52,306 nucleotides of DNA, taken from Caldisphaera sp. Its GTDB lineage: Archaea > Thermoproteota > Thermoprotei_A > Sulfolobales > Acidilobaceae. The stretch lies in assembly GCA_049971805.1 (NCBI GenBank), contig JBMFKU010000010.1, positions 1 to 52,306 on the forward strand. Direction: 5' to 3'. This document shows, piece after piece, positions 40,148 through 50,767 of the stretch (position 1 is the stretch's first letter; each line of letters begins with the position of its first letter). The translations under genes were made by a program, and so were the position numbers. The notes below the pieces were generated by a model. It saw only the letters and a list, made by a program, of their open reading frames with translations, did not search any database and was not told where the DNA came from.

Positions 40148-41815
40148 TTAAAAGCTTGATTTAAATATTGCTCCTGTGTTTGCTGATGTAACTAATTGTG
40201 AATATCTGTAAAGATAACCTTCTTTAACCTTATCCTCAGGTTTTTTCCAATATTTCTTTCTTTCATTTAATTCATCTTTACTTATCAATATGTCTAATTT
40301 CCTATTTAACAAATCAATTAATATTTTGTCTCCATTTTTTACTAATGCTATAGGACCACATTCAGCGGCTTCTGGAGATACATGGCCGATAGTTATTCCC
40401 CTAGTCGCTCCAGAAAATCTCCCATCTGTTACCAATGCAACATCTTTATCTAAGTTCATACCTACTATTGCCGAAGTTAAGGAAAGCATCTCTCTCATTC
40501 CTGGACCCCCCTTTGGTCCTTCATATCTTATAATTACCACATCCCCTTTTTCGATTTCATTATTCATTAAAGAATTAAATGCATCTTCTTCACTATCAAA
40601 AACTTTAGCATTACCCTCAAATTTTTCTATATTAGAAGAGACTGCAGATATCTTAATAACAGAACCGTCTGGAGATAAACTTCCTTTAAGGATTGCTATA
40701 CCACCAGTTTCGCTATACGGATTTTCGACAGGTCTTATTATTTCTCTCCTCATTATTCTTGCCTTCTTTAATAATTCCCCTATTGTATTTAGTTCAACAG
40801 TTAGTCTATCCTTGTGTATAAGACCTTTTTTGTCTAGCTCTTTCATAACAGCATATACTCCTCCAGCCTCATGTAAGTCTTGTACATAATACTTGCTTGC
40901 CGGACTCAATTTTACAATGGTAGGGGTCTTCCTACTTATTTCATCGATCTCATCTAATGATAATTTTATATTAAATTCATTTGCAATCGCTGGCAAATGC
41001 AATACGGTATTTGTTGATCCTCCAAGAGCCATATCTACTGCTATTGCATCTAAAAAGCTTTCCTTAATTATTATATCCCGTGGCTTTATGTCTTTATTTG
41101 CTAGTTCTACTACCTTCATGCCAGCATATTTAGCCAATCTCCTTCTTTCAGCTAAAGGTGCTGGTGCGGTACCACTACCAGGCAAAGATAATCCCAAAGC
41201 TTCGCTTAATATATTAATAGTGTTTGCAGTGTACATGCCAGCACATGAGCCATAGGATGGACAAGCCATATCTTCTAAAATTTTTAGTTGATCAACAGAT
41301 AATTTTCCAATCTTTACTGAGCCGACAGCCTCAAATATATCAGAAAGTGCAACAGGAATTCCATAAAATTTACCTGAAAGCATAGGACCCCCAGACAAAA
41401 ATATAGAAGGTATATTTAACCTACCCATTGCCATAAGCATGCCAGGTTCAATTTTATCGCATGAAGACATGTATATCATACCATCAAAATGATAAACTTT
41501 TCCAACGATCTCTATTGAATCTGCTATCAATTCTCTAGATGGCAATGAATATTTCATTCCTATATGGCCCATTGCTATACCATCATCTATACCAATGGTA
41601 TTAAACTCAAAGGGGACTCCTCCAGCTAATCTAATTCCAGCTTTTACATAGTCTACTAATTCCTTTAGTTCAATGTGTCCTGGTATAAGTTCATTGAATG
41701 AGTTGGCTATACCAATAAATGGCTTGTCAAATTCTTCATCTATTACGCCTAATGCTTTAAAAAGAGACCTATGAGGAGCCCTTTCTATCCCTTTTTTTAT
41801 AACATCGCTTCTCAT
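40148..41815 (-). CDS. ilvD: Dihydroxy-acid dehydratase
   Basis: [45 protein letters not shown] and TDGRFSG motifs. Confidence 0.95.
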   Translation of the reverse strand: MRSDVIKKGIERAPHRSLFKALGVIDEEFDKPFIGIANSFNELIPGHIELKELVDYVKAGIRLAGGVPFEFNTIGIDDGIAMGHIGMKYSLPSRELIADSIEIVGKVYHFDGMIYMSSCDKIEPGMLMAMGRLNIPSIFLSGGPMLSGKFYGIPVALSDIFEAVGSVKIGKLSVDQLKILEDMACPSYGSCAGMYTANTINILSEALGLSLPGSGTAPAPLAERRRLAKYAGMKVVELANKDIKPRDIIIKESFLDAIAVDMALGGSTNTVLHLPAIANEFNIKLSLDEIDEISRKTPTIVKLSPASKYYVQDLHEAGGVYAVMKELDKKGLIHKDRLTVELNTIGELLKKARIMRREIIRPVENPYSETGGIAILKGSLSPDGSVIKISAVSSNIEKFEGNAKVFDSEEDAFNSLMNNEIEKGDVVIIRYEGPKGGPGMREMLSLTSAIVGMNLDKDVALVTDGRFSGATRGITIGHVSPEAAECGPIALVKNGDKILIDLLNRKLDILISKDELNERKKYWKKPEDKVKEGYLYRYSQLVTSANTGAIFKSSF

Positions 41816-41977
41816 TTTCCCACTCTTTGCTCATTACTTAGTTATATCTAGGATATAAATAATATTATGCTTAATATCTTTTTTATGTCAATATTTTTAT
41901 TTTATACAATCTATATATTGGTAAATATATTTATTAACATCTTACTACATTTATCGTAAATGAATAGGTGAACTAGA

Positions 41978-44900
41978 GTGGGTATTTTGGATAAGTCAAT
42001 AATTAAACTTTCGTCAATTGTTTTTATAACGGTTTTCCTGTTAGCTATTGCTACACCTTTTGCATTTGCTTCAAGCACAAGCAATAACAACAACTCAACC
42101 TATTATTATGGTCCATCTTTAAATGGTACCTATTTAGGTAATTTACAGCCTAATACAATAATCAGTTTTTCAATATTTTTCCCGCCAAATAATTATAGCT
42201 ATCTGCTATTTGTTTCTCAAGAAGTAGCTAATAGACAAATCAAGCCTTTAAATAGGGATGAGATTTTAAATATGTTTTCACCAAGTCAACAGGAATTTTA
42301 CAGCGTTTTAAACTATTTAAAAGAATCAGGATTTGCAATAACATATCAAAGCCCAGATAGATTTTCAATTATGGTTGAAGCTCCAGCTTATTTAGTTGAA
42401 AAAACATTCAATGTAAAGCTTGGATTATACAAAAGCAACGATGGAGAAATATATTATGCACCGATTGGTAAACCTGAAATACCATCTCAGTTATCAAATG
42501 ATTTGATATTTGGTCTAAATAATTTTACTAGTTTTAAACCACCTAATATAATTTCGGGCAAAATTATTGATAAATATTTTGTATTAAACAGTTCCAATTA
42601 TAGGCTTTATAATGATTTTAATTTTAAAAAGAATCAAGAGGCTAACTCTTTAACTTATTATACACCTGGAGACTTTGAAGGAGCATATAATGTAACCAAT
42701 ATAATGCAATACAGCAATAAGTCATCGATAGCTATAATAGATGCTTATGGTGATCCGTTAATTTACCAAGATATTTCCCAATTTGATTCGATGTTTGGTC
42801 TGCCTAGTGCAAACCTAACCATTATACCTATAGGACCCTATCATCCAAGCTTAGGTATTTTAACAGAATGGGATTTAGAGACAGCATTAGATGTTGAAGC
42901 AGCTCAAACAATGGCTCCATATGCCCATATTTATTTGGTTGTTGCATCTAATAGCGCAAATGCTCTGTTTGAGGCAATAGATTATGTTGTTAGCCTAGAC
43001 TTAGCAAATGTTGTATCAATGAGCTGGGGAGAACCAGAAAATTTAATTGCTTTAACTGGCTTCTATACTTCAAATCCATACTATCAGTATAATGAACAAA
43101 ATCTTGGATATGCATATGCAGATTATTATTTTGCTTTAGGTAGTGCGGAAGGAATTTCATTCTTTTCATCTAGCGGGGATCAGGGTGCGTATGGTGGAAC
43201 ACCAGAATTATATGGAGGTGTTAGCTTTCCATCTACTTCACCATTTGTTACAGCAGTAGGAGGAACTTCACTGTTTGTTAATGTTACTTCAGGTTACCTA
43301 TCCGATCTAAACTCATCTGGTAAATATGGATATGAAAATGCCTGGTCTGTAAGTCCGCTTTATGGAACAAGCGAGGTTGCATCAACTGGAGGTTATTCAA
43401 CATTAATACCAAAGCCATGGTATCAAATAGGTGTTGTTAATGGAACATACAGAGGTGTGCCTGATGTTTCTGCTGATGCAAATCCATATACAGGATTTGT
43501 TGAAGTAGTTGACGGTAGTTTAATAGCTATAGGAGGGACAAGCTTAGCCTCTCCTCTATGGGCTGGTATCGCTGCAGATATAGATGGATATCTAAATACA
43601 AGCTTAGGTTTAATTAATCCTCTATTATATTCAATTTACAGAAACAAAACACTTTACGATAAAGCATTTCACCAAATAGATTTTGGTTATAATGGTTATT
43701 ATACTGCAACATCAGGATATAATTTAGTAACAGGATTAGGAAGTCCAAATGCGGGTCTATTAGCTAATGCTATAAAAGATGTTAAAAACAAAAATCATCT
43801 AGAAATCTCAGTTACAACTTATCAGCTTGGTGCTCAATATCCTTGGTATATGTATAATACTTCATTCGAAATAGTATCTGATATAACATATCAAAACGGG
43901 ACTCAAGTTACATCTGGTAACTTTAACGCTTACATCTATACAGTAAATGGATTATTAGAAATGGTTCCATTAAAATATAATGGTCAGTATTGGATTGGCA
44001 ATGTTTCAATAGAACAAGGAATGCCAGCAAATCTATGGACAGTAGTTGTAAACGGGACATCAAGTAATAATTTGACTAGTGTTGGTGCAACAGATTTAGA
44101 CATAGGCGTCGGATTGGCCATAATATGGCCATTCTCATATCCATATGGAGCTCCTTTAATTCCAAATTATCCATTTTATGTAATTGTCTTTGCTACCCTA
44201 CCAAATGGTATGCCTGATATTAATTTATCTTTAACTGCATATTTAATAAAGAATGGTGTTGTTTATTATACAACTCCACTAATATCAGAAGGAAACGGAT
44301 ATTATATAAATCAAATGATTTTGCCTTATCCAGATCCGCAAGGATCATATATATTAATGGTTAACTCATCAGAAGGAAACGTTTATACCTACGAGTATTT
44401 TGGAGAAGCATTTATAGAAAGCTTTGTAGTAACGCCAGTAAACGATGGAATGCCCAGCGCCTCGCCTGGAGAAACGGTTATACTAGCTGCTCTAGTAGAA
44501 GATCCATTTGGATATGGTATGTTCACTAGCAGTATATCGGCTAAAATATATAATTTATCTAATTACTTGGTTGCACAAATTCCATTGCAACCAACATCTT
44601 CAGGCCTTCAAGAAGGATTTTTCACAATTCCATCTAATCTAACACCTGGATTCTATAATGTTGTTTTCATATCAAATGAAACGACGGCTATAAGTCCCTT
44701 GTATGGCTATGCGAATCAATCATTTTACGTTTCACCATCAAGCCTTAATACGGAAGTTAAGTCAATTTCTACTGCATATGAAGGGCAATATTTGGATATA
44801 TATGCAAACATAAGTTATCAAAACGGATCAGAAGTCAAATATGGTACATTTACTGCAACTTTATTACCAGATCAATATTATTCTTCTTTATTTTTATTTA

Positions 44901-46186
44901 GTTTTGAAATTGGAATACCTCTGCAATACAATTCTTCTTTAAATGAGTGGATTGGAGAAATTCAATTGCCTTCGTTAAGCAGTCCTGGAATTTACGCTGG
45001 TTTGAGCCCAAGCGAACTCTCTGGTCCTTGGTCAATTACAGTTTCAGGAGAATCAGCCAATGGTAATGATGTTATATCTAGGCCTTATAATTTGTATTTA
45101 GAGCCATATACTTATATAGGATCCATGCTTGTTAATCAATCAAATGTAACTTCTTTACCATTAGGTACTCTTATAGGAAGCTCTATAGTAGGTATTTACT
45201 CTCAAAACTTAGTTATTAAGAATGCTTCCTTAACTATAGTAAATAGTAACATAATTAACTTAACAATAGTAAATTCGAGCATAAAGGTTATGAATTCGAA
45301 CATCGGAACATTAATTGCAAATAAATCAAATATAAGTTTATTAAATGATAACATAGGTCCTGGATTAATTGGGATATCGTTAATAGATAGCAACGCAAAT
45401 ATAACAAATACAGTCTTTGAGAACCTACTTTATGCATTTTCGCAATTAAACAGCAAGATAAAATTGAGTGGGCTTACTGAGTACAATGTAACTTCATTAT
45501 CCAAGATATCAGTTCCACAAATTATATCAATATATCCGAGGAATATTACATCATATGTTAACAGAGTTATAATAAATGTAAGTAATGCTAACTTTGTTCC
45601 TATTAGTGTGTTTATAAATGGTATACCTGTTACCTATACATATAAAAATGTAAGCGGTGTTTTAGAAATCTCTGTACCATTCAATTCAACAGAATTGCCT
45701 GATGGTCCATACACAATAACAGTTACATTAAGTAATGGTTTAATCTATAATGTTAGTGGACAGGTTTATAATAACTACCATTTATTGTCATTGATTTCTT
45801 TAATAGAATATACGACAAATATTACAGCGGCAAATATTAGTTCAGTATCATCACAATTGCAATCCTATATCTCATCTAACGTTACATTGCTAACAAACAA
45901 GATTAGTTCAGTATCATCACAATTGCAATCCTATATCTCATCTAACGTTACATTGCTAACAAACAAGATTAGTTCAGTATCATCATCACTTAGCTCTGTT
46001 AATTCCACGTTAACAACTCAAATAAATAATTTACAGAAGATGATAAGTTCAGTTAATGCGACTGCAACTACAGCTAATAAGAAAGGATCCACGTCTTACG
46101 CTATAGGCATATCAGGTCTTTCTGTAGGGCTTATAGGCATAATTATAGGAGGAGTTGCATTAGCCTTGAGGAGGGTGATAAAATGA
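41978..46186 (+). CDS. Secreted, C-terminally anchored S53 (sedolisin/kumamolisin) protease with propeptide
   Basis: Signal peptide, activation domain, ETALD (catalytic E/D), SSGDQG, GGTSLASP (catalytic Ser) and GYNLVTGLGSP; long beta-rich extension, Ser-rich stalk, terminal TM helix followed by RR. Confidence 0.92.
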   Translation: MGILDKSIIKLSSIVFITVFLLAIATPFAFASSTSNNNNSTYYYGPSLNGTYLGNLQPNTIISFSIFFPPNNYSYLLFVSQEVANRQIKPLNRDEILNMFSPSQQEFYSVLNYLKESGFAITYQSPDRFSIMVEAPAYLVEKTFNVKLGLYKSNDGEIYYAPIGKPEIPSQLSNDLIFGLNNFTSFKPPNIISGKIIDKYFVLNSSNYRLYNDFNFKKNQEANSLTYYTPGDFEGAYNVTNIMQYSNKSSIAIIDAYGDPLIYQDISQFDSMFGLPSANLTIIPIGPYHPSLGILTEWDLETALDVEAAQTMAPYAHIYLVVASNSANALFEAIDYVVSLDLANVVSMSWGEPENLIALTGFYTSNPYYQYNEQNLGYAYADYYFALGSAEGISFFSSSGDQGAYGGTPELYGGVSFPSTSPFVTAVGGTSLFVNVTSGYLSDLNSSGKYGYENAWSVSPLYGTSEVASTGGYSTLIPKPWYQIGVVNGTYRGVPDVSADANPYTGFVEVVDGSLIAIGGTSLASPLWAGIAADIDGYLNTSLGLINPLLYSIYRNKTLYDKAFHQIDFGYNGYYTATSGYNLVTGLGSPNAGLLANAIKDVKNKNHLEISVTTYQLGAQYPWYMYNTSFEIVSDITYQNGTQVTSGNFNAYIYTVNGLLEMVPLKYNGQYWIGNVSIEQGMPANLWTVVVNGTSSNNLTSVGATDLDIGVGLAIIWPFSYPYGAPLIPNYPFYVIVFATLPNGMPDINLSLTAYLIKNGVVYYTTPLISEGNGYYINQMILPYPDPQGSYILMVNSSEGNVYTYEYFGEAFIESFVVTPVNDGMPSASPGETVILAALVEDPFGYGMFTSSISAKIYNLSNYLVAQIPLQPTSSGLQEGFFTIPSNLTPGFYNVVFISNETTAISPLYGYANQSFYVSPSSLNTEVKSISTAYEGQYLDIYANISYQNGSEVKYGTFTATLLPDQYYSSLFLFSFEIGIPLQYNSSLNEWIGEIQLPSLSSPGIYAGLSPSELSGPWSITVSGESANGNDVISRPYNLYLEPYTYIGSMLVNQSNVTSLPLGTLIGSSIVGIYSQNLVIKNASLTIVNSNIINLTIVNSSIKVMNSNIGTLIANKSNISLLNDNIGPGLIGISLIDSNANITNTVFENLLYAFSQLNSKIKLSGLTEYNVTSLSKISVPQIISIYPRNITSYVNRVIINVSNANFVPISVFINGIPVTYTYKNVSGVLEISVPFNSTELPDGPYTITVTLSNGLIYNVSGQVYNNYHLLSLISLIEYTTNITAANISSVSSQLQSYISSNVTLLTNKISSVSSQLQSYISSNVTLLTNKISSVSSSLSSVNSTLTTQINNLQKMISSVNATATTANKKGSTSYAIGISGLSVGLIGIIIGGVALALRRVIK
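45836..45985 (+). repeat. Exact 66-nt tandem repeat (2 copies plus 18-nt partial) in the protease stalk
   Basis: Unit encodes ISSVSSQLQSYISSNVTLLTNK; copies at 45836-45901 and 45902-45967, partial at 45968-45985. Confidence 0.95.
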
Positions 46187-48093
46187 GAAAGATATTTTAC
46201 GCTTTAATAATTTTATTACCTTTACTATTAGTTAGTTTTATACCATTTGGATTTTCATCACAAGCTAATAACAGCAAGCCATTTAATAAATTTATTACAA
46301 ATATAACAATTTCTCCTTCATTAATGAAAAATATAGAAGGAAATGATGGCTATTATTCTTTTGAAACTTTTAATATAATGCCTCCAAACAAAACTCCAGT
46401 TGTTGTAAAAGTTGCCACCAATGCTTATTTCGGACGGAGTGGAATGATACCTTATAATTCAACTGTATACATTCCAAAAGGAAACTATAGTTTAATATTA
46501 ATGAATGTCTCTATAGCTGAGTATAATGGAACACAATATGATAGGGCATTTTATATTTTTGCAAATGGGACTCCTGTATTTTGGGGTTCTACTCAAGAGA
46601 TATTAAATTCAACATCTGAGGCTGATTTAACTTTATTCGAAAAACTTTTAAGCGGACCTGTTAAATTCCAAATAGTTCTACCGAATTATATAGAACCTAG
46701 CATTGGAATAACAGGTTATTACCTAGTTAATGTAACACTTTATTTGTATCCGGGCAATCAACCCAAAGGCTTACCTAACTATTTTATACCATTGTTTACC
46801 AATAATTTTGGCTACTCATATGCGTATTTAAATCCAAATTATGATATTGCTTCACAATCTTTAGAAATCCCCAATGGTACGGAGAAATCAATGTTATTAT
46901 TATATGAGGAAGGAGGAGAAAATGATGAGTTCTGGTATGCAAATGAACCTGCTATAAGAAATATAGAAGTATATTATAATAACATGTTGGCAGGAGTCTT
47001 AAATCCATTTGAAACCATATATACTGGTGGAATTAATTTGTTCTATTGGAAACCTGTCACATCAATTAACACATTGTCTTTCCATATGCCATACTATATT
47101 GATTTAACCCCATTACTATCTTTAGGCAGTAATGCAACTATATCGGTTACTGTGAGCAACTTATTACAAGCAGAGCAAATATCACATAGCCCTTACTTTA
47201 CTTGGGATATTTCGGGCGTATTAATGCTGTGGGTAAATACCTCAAATCCATTGATATCTGGAAAAATATTAAGCATGAAAACTAACTTAATTGATTCCTC
47301 ACCAATATTTATAACAGGAATTAGCGGGATTTATTATCAGGAGGCGTCTAGCTATTATATAAATTATACATCGATTTTGAATTATAAATATGGAAAAGAG
47401 TTAACCTCTACACAGCAAATTGGTAAGACAATAGCAAAGCAAACGTACTATTATTATAATCAATATGCATATTTAGATGAATTATTTAGTGAAAATTCAT
47501 ATGAAACAGGAATATTTAATTCATCCCTTTACATAAATGGAAATTACCCAATATCATTAAACTATGATAATTTTGAGGCAGCAATAACTAATCCTTATGT
47601 ATATCCGTTTAACGCTACGTATTTACAAAATGGAACAATTAACATGAATCCTTCATATTCATTATCCTATAAAACGGAAAGTTACAATTTAACCGAATCT
47701 TTGAGTTACAATTTAAATGCAATTGGAGGATTTAGCGGTATAATAGAATTCATCAATCCATATGGAGGAGCAGTTTTAGTAGCTTTAACAAGTAACAATG
47801 CAATAGTTACAAAAATGCTAAATGCTACATATCTAGTTAATGGAAATGGATTTAAAGAGAATTTCTATGCAGAAGGATTACAGAATAGTACAGTTAATTT
47901 AGCTGGCTATTTGATCAAATTATATAAATCATTTCAAAAAATAGTACAAAACGATAAAGACAGCAAAGGTTCTAATAGCTCATTTAAATTTAGTGATAAC
48001 CTGATAACTGTGAGGTCTAATCATTATACCTATGGTTACTATAAGTTTGGAATTGATTATAACAAAGGTCTAAATCTTTTATATATAAGGTAA
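46183..48093 (+). CDS. Secreted peptide-N4-(N-acetyl-beta-glucosaminyl)asparagine amidase A (PNGase A) family protein
   Basis: Signal peptide; GTQYDR, WGSTQE, DEFWY, PFETIYTGGINLFYWKP and YYIDLTPLL match the PNGase A family; ATGA overlap with the S53 gene. Confidence 0.82.
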   Translation: MRKIFYALIILLPLLLVSFIPFGFSSQANNSKPFNKFITNITISPSLMKNIEGNDGYYSFETFNIMPPNKTPVVVKVATNAYFGRSGMIPYNSTVYIPKGNYSLILMNVSIAEYNGTQYDRAFYIFANGTPVFWGSTQEILNSTSEADLTLFEKLLSGPVKFQIVLPNYIEPSIGITGYYLVNVTLYLYPGNQPKGLPNYFIPLFTNNFGYSYAYLNPNYDIASQSLEIPNGTEKSMLLLYEEGGENDEFWYANEPAIRNIEVYYNNMLAGVLNPFETIYTGGINLFYWKPVTSINTLSFHMPYYIDLTPLLSLGSNATISVTVSNLLQAEQISHSPYFTWDISGVLMLWVNTSNPLISGKILSMKTNLIDSSPIFITGISGIYYQEASSYYINYTSILNYKYGKELTSTQQIGKTIAKQTYYYYNQYAYLDELFSENSYETGIFNSSLYINGNYPISLNYDNFEAAITNPYVYPFNATYLQNGTINMNPSYSLSYKTESYNLTESLSYNLNAIGGFSGIIEFINPYGGAVLVALTSNNAIVTKMLNATYLVNGNGFKENFYAEGLQNSTVNLAGYLIKLYKSFQKIVQNDKDSKGSNSSFKFSDNLITVRSNHYTYGYYKFGIDYNKGLNLLYIR

Positions 48094-48303
48094 TCTATTA
48101 AAAATTTTTTAAAATAAAATATTTTTTATTTATTAATAATTAAATAAATACTTATTATTTTTAAAATAAAAATGGGATAATATCGATAAACGTTGATCTA
48201 ACAATGCACATTATTTTTTATTTCCTTGAAATGCTTGAAAATATAAATAAATATTATTTGTTTAACTATTAGCTATTTAGGATTAAATAATAAATTTAAG
48301 ACT

Positions 48304-48897
48304 CTATTTTAATGTTTTCAAATATAATAAAACAGATATTTCTATCGCTAATATACCATAAATTTCTCCTTCTGCCACCGAAGTAAAAGGAATAAATGCA
48401 TAAACTATCCATATTAATATGGGGAATATTGCTAAAAACGTACCATATTTTGTTTTTATTCCGATTAATGATAAACCTATTATAAATATCGATATTGATG
48501 CAATGATAAAAAACCAAAGCGATACAAAAACATGTGGATAGGTGCCTTCATGATATATTCCTATCAAAATTAAGAAAATGCCAGAAACTGAAAAATATGA
48601 GCCACCAATGGCTTCAATTTTATTCCTAGAATAATATGCTATCAGAATACTAAAGATAATGATTAAAGAGCCAGTAATTATCATACCAATATTATATACA
48701 AATGGAAATCTAGGTGGAGGATGACCATTAATATATGATCCTCCTCCTAAGTCGCTTAAGGCATTCTTGTTTACTTTAAACCATGGATTTAAACTAATAG
48801 ACAGAAAAATAGTTATCCAAGATGAAATAATTGCAAATATTGAGAATAATTTTATTAACTTCGGGATTCTTACCTTGCTTATCATATTATATCCCAA
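48304..48897 (-). CDS. DUF998-family membrane protein
   Basis: NPWF...NALSDLG, LIGIYHEGTYPH and VAEGE motifs; about 6 TM segments. Confidence 0.82.
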   Translation of the reverse strand: MGYNMISKVRIPKLIKLFSIFAIISSWITIFLSISLNPWFKVNKNALSDLGGGSYINGHPPPRFPFVYNIGMIITGSLIIIFSILIAYYSRNKIEAIGGSYFSVSGIFLILIGIYHEGTYPHVFVSLWFFIIASISIFIIGLSLIGIKTKYGTFLAIFPILIWIVYAFIPFTSVAEGEIYGILAIEISVLLYLKTLK

Positions 48898-48981
48898 TAA
48901 GTCTTATTTTTTAAAAATTTTATACTTAGTTGTATATGTAAACAATCTTCTTTATGCAAATGACGGTTTACCAACAAAAAA

Positions 48982-49391
48982 TTAAATGTACAGAACTACA
49001 TCAGACTTTGCTGCCTCGTCTAAGAAAGTTCCCACTCCAGAAATATTATCAACTATTGAATCAAAATCTTCTTTTTTAACTTTTAGCATATCTGCAACTA
49101 AAGAGCATGCATCAATTCTTACTTTTCCATTAGCTTTTGCATCTTTTAGCATATTATACCAAGACAAATTCTTTTCCATCATGTAATTAACAGCTGTTTG
49201 CTTATATTCTTCATAGTCTTTTCCAATTTTATCAAATTTTTCTGGCATTCCTTTTTTAAATGCTACTTGTGAAAAACTTAAAAATATATAGACTTCCATA
49301 TCTTCAGCTACTGCACCAGATACGATTACAGCCAATGACAATAATTTTTTACCGTGGGAGAAATCATAAATATAGATATTTTTTGAGGCAT
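48982..49391 (-). pseudogene. DsrE2/DrsE-like sulfur-relay protein split by a -1 frameshift (pseudogene, programmed frameshift or sequencing error)
   Basis: SD GGTGA plus ATG 49391 gives MPQKISIFMISPTVK; the family-like continuation LLSLAVIVSGAVA...ACSLVADM...GVGTFL is in the -1 frame; junction GTA AAA AAT at 49352-49344. Confidence 0.75.
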
Positions 49392-49479
49392 GCTATCACC
49401 AAGTTAATCTATATATAGAGAAATTTTTAACTTTTCTTATTTAGAGAATATATATTTCATTATTTATATATAAAAATTG

Positions 49480-50748
49480 TTAGTGTTTAGTTATAATTCT
49501 TATTATTGTTGCAATAATCAAAAGGAATATAATAAAGGCCGCAATATAAATTAACAAGCTAAACTGATTTAAATAAGAGTTATTAAAACTATTAATTGTT
49601 TTTGATTTATTTTTTAAGCCGTTTAAATTAATTACAATGGATTCAATAGGTTTACCTGAGGCCTCCAATACTCCATTTATAGTATAATTGCCATAAGGTA
49701 AGGTAATATTAGATACTCCACCAATAATATTTCTCTTTGTGTTTTGACCAATTATTGTTATGTTCCATAATGTTGTTGGAATAAAATCAATAAAATAATT
49801 TTTTGAATTATTGTTTACTACAATTCTAGGTATCCATAATATGCTTTGATTTAAAATTCCATTTGTCTGAAATGCTGTGCCATTTATATAATACTCTTTT
49901 ATTCCATCTAATTGATTTATGCTCTCAAATGTTACCCCTCCAGCAAAATTGCTTGGACTATCTTGGTATGCTGATGGAACTTGATACCATGTATTATTAT
50001 ATAGATAAAAGAGTTGTATACTTGCATTCCAATTAAAAACAAATAATTCCGAACCTTTAGAATACCCGCAGACCACATATTGCAAAACGAAAGGAGAAAT
50101 TAAGCTATTTATGGTCTCTGGAGCAAAACCTCCCATAGATCCTATTAGAAATCTCGGATTATTTGATTTCTTTTCTATAATTATTGTATCTAAAAGTACC
50201 TTCCCGCTCTGATATGTTGAATTTTTAAATTGAAAATAGATTTTAATTTGAGGATAACTGCTATTATCAATAACATAAATATAATCTTTTAATTCAAATG
50301 GAGATTTTGAGACAAAAGTTATTGGATATTCATAACCATAATAATTTTTGCCAAAAATGTTTCCAAATCCATTAACAAAGTTTATGCTTGAATTAGGTTT
50401 AGTTACGTTCCAGATATTATCTAAAAAATTAATTTCATATAAGCTGTCACTGTTAGAAACTCTTGCTATTGCTTGAATCCATAATGTTGTATCTAATGAT
50501 ATGTTTATATTAGCATTTAGTTGTAGGCTAAATCCATATATATAGCTGGGTCTCGATGAATAAAAAGAGCCATTATAAAAGTTAAAAACACCCTTTAAAC
50601 CATTGGTTGAGTATCCATAAGTTATTGATTCATTATTAGTTATTAAGGTTCCATTATCGTTTATACCAACACTTGTTGCATTTACTATTTTAAACGCTAT
50701 AAAAATAAGTATGATTGAAATTATTGTAAATATAATTTTCTTTTTCAT
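49480..50748 (-). CDS. Thermopsin-like (peptidase A5) secreted, membrane-anchored protein
   Basis: Signal peptide; SLQLNA, WIQ, FLDNIWN and VPSAY motifs; C-terminal TM helix. Confidence 0.75.
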   Translation of the reverse strand: MKKKIIFTIISIILIFIAFKIVNATSVGINDNGTLITNNESITYGYSTNGLKGVFNFYNGSFYSSRPSYIYGFSLQLNANINISLDTTLWIQAIARVSNSDSLYEINFLDNIWNVTKPNSSINFVNGFGNIFGKNYYGYEYPITFVSKSPFELKDYIYVIDNSSYPQIKIYFQFKNSTYQSGKVLLDTIIIEKKSNNPRFLIGSMGGFAPETINSLISPFVLQYVVCGYSKGSELFVFNWNASIQLFYLYNNTWYQVPSAYQDSPSNFAGGVTFESINQLDGIKEYYINGTAFQTNGILNQSILWIPRIVVNNNSKNYFIDFIPTTLWNITIIGQNTKRNIIGGVSNITLPYGNYTINGVLEASGKPIESIVINLNGLKNKSKTINSFNNSYLNQFSLLIYIAAFIIFLLIIATIIRIITKH

Positions 50749-50767
50749 TCTGATCCTCTAATAGTTA

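Noticed and set aside
40290-41255. Long antisense ORFs inside ilvD (199 and 120 aa), and similar ones such as 7435-7974, 21098-21406 and 28981-29337
   Set aside because: Shadow frames opposite well-supported genes, with Ser/Ile/Phe-rich composition and no recognisable motifs.
47680-47717. 13-nt repeat agttacaatttaa twice in the PNGase gene
   Set aside because: Short, AT-rich and explained by a repeated SYNL peptide; no independent meaning.
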